A DNA stretch of 63,063 nucleotides, counting the filler, from Octopus bimaculoides (lineage: Eukaryota), in the NCBI RefSeq assembly GCF_001194135.2. It is 5 parts of 5 records of this genome, joined end to end, with 100 filler letters (N's around TTAATTAATTAA, not from the genome) between each part and the next. Parts side by side here need not be neighbours in the genome. Positions count along the whole stretch, not along the records: positions 29,660 to 40,786 come from NC_068986.1; positions 40,887 to 51,277 come from NC_068988.1; 3 more parts are not named here. The stretch is one strand, 5' to 3'. Under the pieces are notes generated by a model, which was given only the letters and a program-made list of their open reading frames with translations, made no database searches and was not told the origin of the DNA. The translations under genes were made by a program, and so were the position numbers. Below, piece by piece: positions 36,760 to 47,961 of this stretch. The number at the start of each line of letters is the position of its first letter. Position 1 is the stretch's first letter.

Positions 36760-36851
36760 CATTTCCTAACTTTATCAATGGCATTAATCACACGTTTGAT
36801 ATCTTCCTTTGCCCGGCTACGGGTTTCGGCTCGTATCGACCGCGACAACAT
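36760..36851 (-). CDS. BCL7: BCL7 family protein, first coding exon ([31 protein letters not shown])
   Basis: Translation matches the invariant BCL7 N-terminus ([28 protein letters not shown]); 92 nt ending in phase 2 at a TG|gtaagt donor. Not present in the ORF track. Confidence 0.95.
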
Positions 36852-37140
36852 CTCTTCACTTTCTCGCTAACGTATTTGTTAAGACTTTGGGAAACGAGCA
36901 AGCAAGCAGCGGCTGTTGTGAAAATACCTACTTGCCCCGGCAGACGAAAAAAAAAATAATACGATAACGATGATTGTATAGTATTATTGCTGCTGTTATT
37001 ACTATTACTACTACAACAAGACCTTTCAGTTCAGTGTTTGTTGAGCTGATGAGTTGGTGTGTTATGGCGGAGTAAAGCCCGGATGATTGATTGGAGCGGT
37101 TGCTGTCGACAACTATGGAAGACTAGCAGTGTTGCGAAAT
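36852..37140 (-). promoter_or_regulatory. BCL7 5' UTR / proximal promoter region
   Basis: Locally CpG-richer unique sequence directly upstream of the BCL7 ATG; TSS not resolvable from sequence. Confidence 0.4.
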
Positions 37141-37191
37141 ATTGATTTATATATATGTGTGTATACATATATGTATATATATAAATTTATA

Positions 37192-37238
<47 letters not shown>

Positions 37239-38199
37239 CATATAAATCATCATCATCATCATTTACACACACACACACACACCAGCTCACATTGACTCGA
37301 TCATTCACACAAAAAATACGTCGACGAGCCAATGAATGAGCTTCTATGCGGTCTTTCAACTTACTAAATATGCCAGCTAAATCTTCCTCAAATTATAATC
37401 TACTCGTCTTGAAAAGGGGTGGGGACGCCGAGGATAATGTAATCCTAGATAGGCAATGGAACCCCTTTGATAATATATCTGTTCAGTCAGGGCTGATTAG
37501 GGCTAGACAATTCCTTCATTAACGAGGGACTGTCTATGTGATCACTTGACTGACTAAAATTAGTAGCCACATCTCTCTTAAATCGCACAGAAAGATTTAA
37601 ATAAGAATATATTAAAACAGTTTAGCCCCTGATATACAAAGAAACTGGATGGTTGGTCACGGTTTAAATGCATTTTGCTCCCCCAACACTTTCCTTCCCA
37701 TCCTACAATAGATTGCTCAAAGGGTTTTCTTCCAATTCTTTCCCCATTCTTTGAATTTCACCTGTCTTGAACTTGAACTTCTTTTGTCAAACTGGACAAT
37801 AACTCAATTGCCCTCTCACATCTGCAATCTCTTATACAGATAGTACTACACTTTGGTCTTTTCTAACTAGTACTAAAGCATCATCATCATCATCATCATT
37901 GTCATTGTCATCATCCTTGTCATCATCATCGTCGTCATTGTCGTCACCGTCTTCATCATCATCAATTAATGTCCTTTCTTCTATGCTTACAGGGGTCAGA
38001 CGGAATTTGGTAATATTCCCCATGGCCAGACATGTTTTTCATAGAAGACTGAAAATGAACAACATTGCATGTATGACAATGATACTTACTGTTTATGACA
38101 GCATATAATAGTGTATGACAGTGATGGCTGTAAACCATCATATGATGTCAAAACAAAGATACACTTGAACATGCATGCACATACACACACACACACACA

Positions 38200-38357
38200 C
38201 TGAGGCTTTTTTCAATTCCCATCTACCAAATCCAATTACAAGACTGTGATCATCCTCAGGCTACAATAGAAATCACTTACCCAAGGTGCCACACAGTGGG
38301 ATTGAACCTGGGATCACATGGTTGAGAAGCAATCTCCTGAACCATACAGCCATGCTT
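38200..38357 (-). mobile_element. SINE family A head fragment
   Basis: cccaaggtgccacacagtgggattgaacc...accatacagccatgc matches the family A head in reverse. Confidence 0.75.
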
Positions 38358-38929
38358 CTGTCTAAACATTAATAAAAGTGACATCTGAAGTTTGTTGAGA
38401 GTTACTAATTGATCAGAACTGATGTATTTTCTGGTTCTGAAAAGGAATCAGTTTTCATAATGCAGTGTTAGAGATTTCAGATAATATTTGTAGGGATTTT
38501 GAATGTTTTATTTGTGTGTTAATCAGGAGTAGAGAGGAGTGCAAGAATATTTCCTTGATATAAATAGCAATTTTAATTATGCAGTTACAAGAGACAAAAA
38601 TGTTATATCTTCTTTGGAGAATACTTTTGAGGTCTCCAGTCATAAAGGCAATGTATTTCAGTTGTGGGATGTTGAGACTGTGCATGAATGATGTCTGACT
38701 GCAAAGGGTTTAAGGTGGAATAATCTGAATCATGGTTGTTCTTATTTGGAATAAAACATAACACTATGTTTCAATTGACTGGGAGAGAAGGCTGTAGAGT
38801 TTGATGATGAGAAGAATTGGCTCTGAATTACACAGCTTGATGACTGGGTTTATGAAAATTGGGAGCTCTACATAGAATGTGGTAGATAATGAAGAAGGAA
38901 AGATTGGGGTGTGTGTGTGTGTGTGCAGT

Positions 38930-39740
38930 TTTGTGCTTAAAGCTAAAACAACTTCTTCCCAATGTTCAACAAGATTTTCAATACCTCATTGGTAGAAATC
39001 ACTTGATTTTGACTCGAAAAATTGATCCAACCAATCTCTCAATTCTGCATCAGTATTAAATGAAGCTCTGCGCATAGCATTTGAAAGAGATCGAAAGAGG
39101 TGGAAATCTGTTGGTGCCAAATCAGGAGAGTACGGCAGGTGTGGCAGCACTTCCCAGCCAAGCATTTGAATGGCTTCCTTGGTTATATTGGTGATATGAG
39201 AGTGGATGTTGTTGTGCAGCAGAAGAACTCCATGCTGACAATTAGGTCTTTTCTCTTGAATAGCCATGTTGAGTTGTTCTATTGTTGAACATAGAGTTCC
39301 GCGTTGACCGTTTGGTTCCGTTCAAGCAATCCCTTCCTAGTCCCACCATACGCACAACATCGTTTTATGTGAATGAATATCTTGTTTCACGCACAGTGTC
39401 GCTTGTTTACTGGGGCTAAGCCATTCCTTTCACTGCTTCATATTGATGTACAGGCACCATTTTTCGTCGCCAGTAACGATTCGGTATAGAAATCGTTGCT
39501 TGTGTCCATGAGTTGAACGGTGACAAGCAAGCAAACTAGCGGAGATTGTGGCTCATTGATTTTTGTTGTTGTCATTTAAAGCACGCAGAACCCATGCTCT
39601 ATACTTCTGAACCTTTCCCATCGAGTGAAGATGCTTCTCTATAGCAGTGTGGGAGCATTCCATTTTCTCTGCCAGTTCCCTTGTCGTTTGATGAGAATTT
39701 TCGTGCAAAAGTTGGTTTAATAGCTCTTCATCAAACTCAA
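38930..39740 (-). pseudogene. Mariner (DD34D, Mos1/Hsmar-like) transposase pseudogene
   Basis: IVTGDEKWCLY..., VLLLHNNIHSH...LGWEVLPHLPYSPDLAPTDFHLFRSL...FFESKSSDFY; frameshifts and stops. Confidence 0.9.
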
Positions 39741-40125
39741 GTGGATAGCCTGAATGAGGTGTGTCTTTGAGGTCAAAATTTCCATTTTTGAACTTGGCAT
39801 ACCAGTCACGAGTGGTTGTTTAAGCTATGGCACCCTCTCCATACACAGCACAAATGTTGTGAGCAGCCTTTTTGGCCTTGAAACCTTGATTAAAAGCAAA
39901 NNNNNNNNNNNNNNNNNNNNNNNNNNNNNNNNNNNNNNNNNNNNNNNNNNNNNNNNNNNNNNNNNNNNNNNNNNNNNNNNNNNNNNNNNNNNNNNNNNNN
40001 NNNNNNNNNNNNNNNNNNNNNNNNNNNNNNNNNNNNNNNNNNNNNNNNNNNNNNNNNNNNNNNNNNNNNNNNNNNNNNNNNNNNNNNNNNNNNNNNNNNN
40101 NNNNNNNNNNNNNNNNNNNNNNNNN

Positions 40126-40172
<47 letters not shown>

Positions 40173-40254
40173 TCCATATTTTTTTATATTACTGATAGAG
40201 GCAAAGGTACCTATCATATATATGCCTCTCTCTCTCCCTCTCTCTCAGACCTCT

Positions 40255-40705
40255 TGATCCCTCAGGGAATAAAGGCCTGCTTGGTGACATTTTGTGCAGG
40301 CTTTTGTAGATGTGGCCTATCCATTCCCATTTTCGTTTCTTGATATCTGTCTCAACTGGGGCTTGTGTTGTCCTGTCTCACAGCTGCTCATTGGAGATGT
40401 CCTCTGTCCACCTGATGTTAAGGATGTTTCTGAGACATCTGTTAATGAATGTCTGGAGCTTGTGGGTGTTAGTCTTGGCCATTTGCCATGTTTCTGGGCC
40501 ATAAAGTAGATCTGATTTAACATTTGTGTTGATGATCTGGATCTTCTGGAGTGAGAGGGCTGTTGATCTCCCAATTGGTCACAAAATGTTGAATGCATGT
40601 TGGGATTTGCTTATTCAGCACTTAATGTCCTCATTTGTCCCACCATCTTGCTCTCTGTTGTTCACTCACATGACCTCTGTCTTCTCAATGTTGATCTGGA
40701 GGCCT
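40255..40705 (-). pseudogene. RTE LINE post-RT fragment
   Basis: Minus-strand ..NTNVKSDLLYG.ETW..TKTNTHKLQTFINRCLRNILNIRW.. motifs. Confidence 0.7.
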
Positions 40706-40749
40706 CATATGTATGTATGCATTTCTCTCTCACTCTCTCTCTCTCTCTC

Positions 40750-40786
<37 letters not shown>

Positions 40787-41383
40787 NNNNNNNNNNNNNN
40801 NNNNNNNNNNNNNNNNNNNNNNNNNNNNNNTTAATTAATTAANNNNNNNNNNNNNNNNNNNNNNNNNNNNNNNNNNNNNNNNNNNNCATACACACATACA
40901 TATGCATACACACACACACACACATCTATACACCCACCAATAAGTACATCTATATATGTAAACATACACACCTATATATACTAACAAATAAATACATAAA
41001 TAAATACAGGAGGTGTATTTATAGTAATTATAACAACAATAACAATAACAATAAGAACACATATAGATACATCCTTATGTGCATATACATACACACACAC
41101 ACACCCATACCTACAGATACTTATATCAATACAGAGGTAGTACTTACAGTGATAACTATTCGCAGGTGTATGTATGCCTACATCAACATAATTATATCAA
41201 ACTAAATATATATATTCATTTACATAAGTCTGCTTAATTATGATATGTTAGCTAACACAATGTCAGTAAACTCTCATTAGTTACCATTAAAACAGATGTG
41301 GTGCTTTAGTACTCGGTTCTATTCATATTAAATATATATACACAGATATCACATTTACGCTCATACAATATAGGATGGTAATA

Positions 41384-41426
<43 letters not shown>

Positions 41427-41866
41427 CAGATATGGAGAATTATACTCTATATATAGCACAACTATTTAGTGCTCAAAGTTAATTAGGCTATTGGAACATT
41501 ATGGAAGATTTTTCAGACAAAATTCTGAATTTGAGAGAAAATTCAGGGTTTTCAGTTCATATATGAAAAGTAGAATTTCAATCCATTAAATGCTTCATAA
41601 AAACATGTATGTAAAATAAATATTTTGATATGAGAGGCAAATATACACATTGAAGCAAAACATATCCAGTGATATTTAGATCATATAAATTTGTATATAC
41701 AGGATCAGTTCATCGCATCAGAGGTGCTAATATTAAAGCTATATGGAAAGGTCAAAGGGAGAAGTCCAAGTTATATATATATATATATATTATATATATA
41801 ATGTACTGGTCCATGATGGTAAGATCAACAAAAAAAAGTACTCCATCTGATGAGAGACAAATATAA

Positions 41867-42049
41867 TTTAATAGACAAACTACATTGTTTTATGTGCTAC
41901 TAATAGTTTCTTTACGCTGAGAACATGCCAAATAATGAATTATAACATGTGTAACATCCCAACACAAACCTGATTTTAATTCATTATTTGGCATGTTCTC
42001 AGCATAAGAAACTATTAGTAGCATATAGAATCATGTACTGTGTCTATTA

Positions 42050-42052
<3 letters not shown>
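41867..42052. repeat. Inverted repeat, ~76-bp arms, ~34-nt spacer
   Basis: 41867-41942 matches the reverse complement of 41977-42052 (e.g. gctgagaacatgccaaataatgaatta exact). Confidence 0.9.
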
Positions 42053-42099
<47 letters not shown>

Positions 42100-42360
42100 C
42101 TATTAGTTAATAAATTGTGTGGTATACACCTGGTAGACGGGTCAAAACAATTGTAGTCATCAATAAACATCCTTGTATCTTCCATCTTCTGTGTCTCTCA
42201 TTAATCACATATATATATACATATATATACATACACACACACACACACACACAAGCAAAAGTGCACATACATGGTACGTAAGGCATTTGAGGACATACCT
42301 TTTGGGGTCATTGCTGCATTTTTTGCTAACTCTGTATAATTTTTGCTTCAGAAAATAATA

Positions 42361-43389
42361 ATGACAGACCCTCAGCTTACTCAAGAAATGAAGACGCATG
42401 CTGTTATGTTATTGTGGTTATAAAGGCTAAGCATAGCTATTTAGAAATATCTTGATTTTTAAAAGTTACCAGATTTTCATCAACAAAGTTTGTAAGGAAG
42501 ATGGAAATATATCACCAGTATCAAAGCATAAAAAGCATTCTAAACACTCTGAAATCATCAGAACACCTGAATTTATCCAGCAAGTTCAACAGACCATTGA
42601 TTACAATCCCAGAAAGTCCATGGGGTCAATTGCAAAAGATCTCCATGTGTCAGAAGGAACAGTCAGAAATGTTGTTCATGAAGACATCAGATATAAGCCT
42701 TATATGATGAGAAAAGGTGGATTTGTCAGATAAAGCAAAAGAAAATCACTACATCAGATCTAAAAGGCTCTTAAACAAACTGCAAAATCTAGCAGAAGAT
42801 TTGATTTGGTTTTTCTCAAACGAAAAAAACTTCGACCAAGATCAAAAAGTTAACAGAAGAAATGACAGATGGTTATCTGCAGACCCTTCTGAAGTTCCAA
42901 GTGTTATGCACACAAAATTTCCTGCAACTGTTATAGTTTTAGGGGTTGTCAGCAACGAAGGACATGTGATGCCTCCTTACTTCTTTTCACAAGGTCTTAG
43001 AGTTAACTCTGCCGCCTACATTGAGGTCCTGGAAATAATTGTTAAGCCCTGGATAGACAGTGTATGCAATGGAAGGCTATATGTGTTTCAGTAAGACTCT
43101 GCACTATCACACATGGCTCTAGTAACACAGGAATGGATGGCTGAAAATTTCCATGATCACATAACTTCTAACATTTGGCCTCCTAATTCCCCAGATCTCA
43201 ATCCAATGGACTATTACATGTGGAGCGTTGTTGAGAGAGGTCAATGAAGACACCCATAATACCAAAGATTCTTTGAAAGCTGCAATAGTAATGTCCAAAA
43301 TGAACCAGGACTACTTGATTTGAGCATGTAGATGATTTAGATCACATACAGAAGCAGTTGTTGAAGCTGAAGGTGGCTTTATTGAATAA
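42361..43389 (+). pseudogene. Near full-length maT/mariner (DD37D-type) transposase pseudogene
   Basis: ATG 42361; PRKSMGSIAKDL, FFSNEKNFDQ, VLGVVSNEGHVMPPYFF, YVFQ*DSA, WPPNSPDLNPMDY, VEAEGGFIE*; several frameshifts and stops. Confidence 0.92.
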
Positions 43390-43507
43390 CATTATAGAAA
43401 AGAAGGATTATTTTTATCCTCATAGCATTTTTTGATAAATAACGTTATTATCTGTTATTATATATCTTTTCTAAATCTCTCAGAGAGATTTATGCAGTAG
43501 TGATATG

Positions 43508-44055
43508 ATAAAGTAGTTGTATGCTGTCAAATTAATGTGACAATCCCATGAAGGGAATAATACTACTGCTGTTTAGCCCTAGGAAGCAGCACCGCTTCCT
43601 GTCAGCCTTGACACATTTCCTGTGTGCTTATGTTTACAAGGGGGAGATAAGTACCTCCACCCAGCTAAGCCTGCATCCAGAGACTAGTTTCTGAGTCATT
43701 GCTTGTTTCAGCCTGGAGTAGCATGGCTTGTTAGTTGGAGATGCCTATCTAGCTCTTGTAAACATATAATTATTCTAGTGAAATACATTCAGATTTCAAA
43801 AATAGAAATAATAGATTTCTAAATCTCTCAAAAATAGAAATAATCCAGACTGAAGACGAGCAATGACTCAGAAACTAGTCTCTGGATGCAGGCTTAGCTG
43901 GGTGGAGATGCTTATCTCCCCCCTTGTAAACATAAGGACACAGGAAATGTGTCAAGGCTGACAGGAAGCGGTGCTGCTTCCTAGGGCTAAATAGCAGTTG
44001 TATTATTCCGTTCATGGGACTGTCACATTAAGTTGACAGCATACAACTACTTTAT
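43508..44055. mobile_element. Inverted pair of Penelope-like pseudo-LTR fragments (arms 43508-43717 and 43845-44055)
   Basis: ~210-bp arms nearly identical in reverse complement, ~125-nt spacer; both arms include the hammerhead segment (left copy degenerate). Confidence 0.7.
43843..43887 (+). ncRNA. Minimal type I hammerhead ribozyme (Penelope-like-element type)
   Basis: ATCCAGA-CTGAAGA-C.GAG-caatga-CTC.A-GAAAC-TA-GTC-TCTGGAT: 7-bp stem I, CUGANGA and GAAA cores, GUC cleavage triplet, palindromic ACUAGU stem III. Confidence 0.8.
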
Positions 44056-44548
44056 TATATATCCATTTTTCTTATAAACATAAATCTGTCCTCAAATATT
44101 TTACACACCCTGTACATACAGATGCATATGAAGGAATAAGGGATACTGAAATAATTAGGGAAGGGGAGATTCAATGATAAATTAGGAAGACCATATATGT
44201 ATAATGGCAAGAACACTATTGTAGTGGAGGTCCAATAGAGGTTAAAATTATCAGGTAGCCAAAGGTGGTGGGGCAGCATTTGAGGGTTGTAAACAAGACA
44301 GAGAAAGTTAACAGACAATAACAGTTTAGTATAGTAATTTTGGGCATGGTGTGCAATGAGGAAGGAGTTATGTATTAGGAGGGAGGCTATAGGGTTGAGA
44401 AGTAGGGAGATCAAGGCTAAACTTCAACTGGTTATAAAAATATTATTGAAAGTATTGAATTCCTTGGGAATAAATAAAATATTCAGTTATCACTAGATTT
44501 TAAAAAAAAGTGAAGTACAATGTAGTGTTTATTGCTATTTTAATGTGA

Positions 44549-46067
44549 ATGTTCTCTACGAACCAACGATACTATGATTCTAACCCCAGGAAGACATCTC
44601 CTCCAGCTGGTTATTCAGGGCACTTTCGCACTCAATATTCATTGCAAGCAGGAGAGAACTCCTGCTACTCTACCTCCAAGACCACCAGATTTCAATCTTA
44701 TTGTATCACTTCAGTGGTGGGCACTCATTTGCCAGGCATAGCATTAGTGTGACCTTGCTTGCAACATATAGAAAATTCTGTGTCATACAATCACTGATCT
44801 TGTAACTAGCAAACTAGTCTGTTAGAAAGTAGGGTGGCAGAAGTTCTCTTAAGCTTGCAATGAATATTGAGTGTGAAAGTGCACTGAATAACCAGCTGGA
44901 TGTCTTCCTCATCATCATCATCATTTAATGTCCTCCTTCTATGTTGGTATGAGTCGGACAGTTTGACAGGAGCTGGCCAGGCAGGAATCTGCGCCATGCT
45001 TCTGAGTCTGTTTTGGCATGGTTTTTACAGATGGATGCCTTTCCTAACACCAATCACTCAGCAGAGTGGACTTAGTGCTTTTTACATGGCGCTCACACAG
45101 GCGAGGTCAGTTTTGGCGTGGTTTTTACAGCTGGATGCCAACACTTTATAGTGTGGACTGGGTGCTTTTTAAGTGGCACCTGCACTGGTGGGGTCACCAA
45201 GTGACTTTGCAAGACAAAGAGCCTTTGAGAAGGGAGGGGGTATTGGAGGAGGTGATCATGTTTCAGATGATGGAAGATTAGAGTGTGACAGACAGGTAGA
45301 AACCGATGTCTTGCTGTAGAGGAGGTCCATGGTTACTCAGCCAGAGAGTGAGAGACAGAGAGAGGGACAGAAAGAGCAAGAGTTAACAAGAATGAGGGCA
45401 GAAATAGTAACCTAGAGAGAGAGAGAGAGAGAGAGAGAGTGGGAGTTAACAAGAGGTGTGCTGCTGTAAAGGAGATACATGGTTACCTAGACAAGAGAAA
45501 GAGAGAGACAGAGTGATCAAGAATGAGAGCAGAAAGAGGTTTGTTACTGTAGAGGAGATACATAATCACTCAGCCAGAGAGGAGAGCAAGGAAATGAGAG
45601 AGAGAGAGTAGGAGACAGCAAGTGCCAGGATATACTTGCAAGGAATGGGGATCAGGGCATAGATGGGATGGTAGAGTTAGGAAGAGAGAGATGAATTGTG
45701 GCAGATGCTGGCAGGGTATTGCCAAGGAGTCGGGAGTGTGGGTGAGGGAATGCAGTGACTGGTGAGAATCTGGGTATATAAAGGGGGAGGGGACGGGGGA
45801 GGGGACGGGGGAGGCACCAATATAGTGAACAGGGTAGTGAGGACTATGTGTTGTACCCATGTAGAATCTGGGTATGTAGAGGGGAATGAGGGAGGGAGAG
45901 CAACGATACAGTGAGCAGAGTAGCAAAGACTGAATTGGGGAGTGGAAGATAATCATAGTGTATGAAGAGGAAATATGAAGAAGAGAAGAGAAACACTTTG
46001 GGAAGGGAAGGTGGGGGGGGTGTCTTCCTGGGGTTAAAATAACAGTATTGTTGGTTCTTAGAGAACA
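44549..46067. mobile_element. Long-TIR foldback/MITE interrupted by the 44909-46020 insertion
   Basis: Left arm 44549-44677 matches the reverse complement of 44824-44908 joined to 46021-46067. Confidence 0.7.
44909..46020 (-). mobile_element. Non-autonomous retroelement with RTE-type (GAT)n tail and 9-bp TSD
   Basis: TGTCTTCCT at 44900-44908 and 46021-46029; catcatcat-ttaatgtcc...atgttggtatg tail; related copies at ~23148-23800, ~24951-25340 (+), ~46853-47380, ~52660-52790 (+), ~56009-56300. Confidence 0.75.
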
Positions 46068-46139
46068 CCCATGTTAAAGTGGCAATAAACATTACTTTTT
46101 GGTTTGTATACTGCTTTTATATCAAACAGATTTTCTAAC

Positions 46140-46620
46140 TTAAGGGTTACAAGTGTGTGTCAAATGGAGAACAAAAGATATAAACAAGATGGAATGTTCA
46201 ACAGTAAGAATGGGAGATGTATAGATGTTGTGAGATGTGGGCTGTGAATGCAGGAGACATGCAAAGACTAGAAAGAAATCAAATTAGTATGCTCTGCTGA
46301 ATGTACAACATCAGTGTTCATGCAAGACAATGTGCTAAGATTCTGAGAGAAAAATTTGGCATAAGAGGAATCAAGTGTAGTGTGCAACAGAGACAACTGC
46401 ACTGGTTTGATCAGGAATGCATAAATAAGGATAACTGCATAAAGAATTGCCAGCTGCTTGAAGTGGACGGAACATGTGGAAGACGGAGGCCCAGGAAAAC
46501 ATATGATGAAGTAGTGAAGGCTGATCTCAAGATGCTGAACCTCACTGAGAGGAGATGACAGAAGATGGAGATGATGAGTAATTCACTGTGCTCAAGTAGA
46601 CCAGTCAACCATAGCAAAAA
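46140..46620 (+). pseudogene. RTE LINE C-terminal remnant
   Basis: LREKFGIRGIKCSVQQRQLHWF...EVDGTCGRRRPRKTYDEVVKADL. Confidence 0.75.
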
Positions 46621-47904
46621 TAATGTCCTAAAAGTATTCCAGTTATGCTTGTAATCCATTCTGCACCATCATGCATTTCTAAAATCTCATTCCCCTAACA
46701 CCCAACCTTCTATCACTTCTCTATCTATGGTGCTACCAGGCAGCTGTAATCACTACAGGGCAATACACTGGTTTACAATGACACAGTTAAAGCTAAACAA
46801 AATTCAAATTTTGCAATAGCAGCAGCAGCTCTAGAGTAAAGTCATACATATCATCATTATCATCCTCAATTAACAACATCCATTTTCCATGCTGGCATGG
46901 GACGGATGGTTTGATGAGATCTGGCAAACTGCAAGGTTATGTCACACTCCGGTGTCAGTTTTGGCATACTTTCTCTGGCTGATGCCCTTCCTAATGCCAA
47001 CCACTTTACTGTGTGAAACGGGTGCTTTTTTCATGTCACCAGCACTAGTGAAGTTGCCAAGTAACTTACAAGAAAGGAAAAGAGAACAGGGAAGAGGGAA
47101 AAGTTTCCTGCTATTAAGCGTGTGGGGTGGGGGTGGGGAGTATCTGAGAGGGTGAGGTGGCTTTATGCCAAGTGTTGAAGGCTAAAGTATGATAGAGGGA
47201 CATACGTAGGTGTCTTGCTATAGAGGGGATACATGGGTACAACACATATATATAGGATGGATAGATGTAGTTGGGAAGGAGATAAAGGTGGTGATGGAGT
47301 GCCAAACTAGCTCTCAAGGTATAGGAAGATGAGCATAAGTGAGGATACAGATAGTAGATAGTGGGTCAGAAGAAGGGAGAGTGGGTACTTTTTCGACACA
47401 AACCCCGCTTTTCGGCTACGGGGAATATGAATCTGCAAAAAAATTGACAAAAATCGACAGTTCTAAGTTACCACCCCCACCCCCATTCCCTTCATTTTAA
47501 ACTTTTATCAGAATTTTTTTTTCTAAACATGCAGAAAAATATGGAGATTAAGATTCTGAAAAAAATTTCCAAAAAGTTTTGTAAAATTTTTTTTAAGAAC
47601 TTTTTTTTTTTTTCTCAATATGTGGAAAAATACGGACATCATGATTCGGACAAAAATTTCAAAACATTTCTGCATTTACGGTTAGGGTAAGGGTTAGGAT
47701 TAAGGTTATAGTTTTAGGGTTTTAGGATTAGTGTTGGGGAAAAAAATCAAAATTGAAGAAGTTGGGGTGAAAGAGGGGAGGAATTTCACAATGCCGATTT
47801 TTGGCAATTTTCTGGAAACTCCGTATCTGAAAACGTGGATTTTGGGCAAAAAAAAAAACAAATTTGGGAGACAATGGGAGGAGGGGGACGGGCGGAAGTC
47901 TTTC

Positions 47905-47961
<57 letters not shown>

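Noticed and set aside
41703-41750. 48-nt exon-like segment DQFIASEVLILKLYGK
   Set aside because: Weak donor (gtcaaa), poor pyrimidine tract, no recognisable family.
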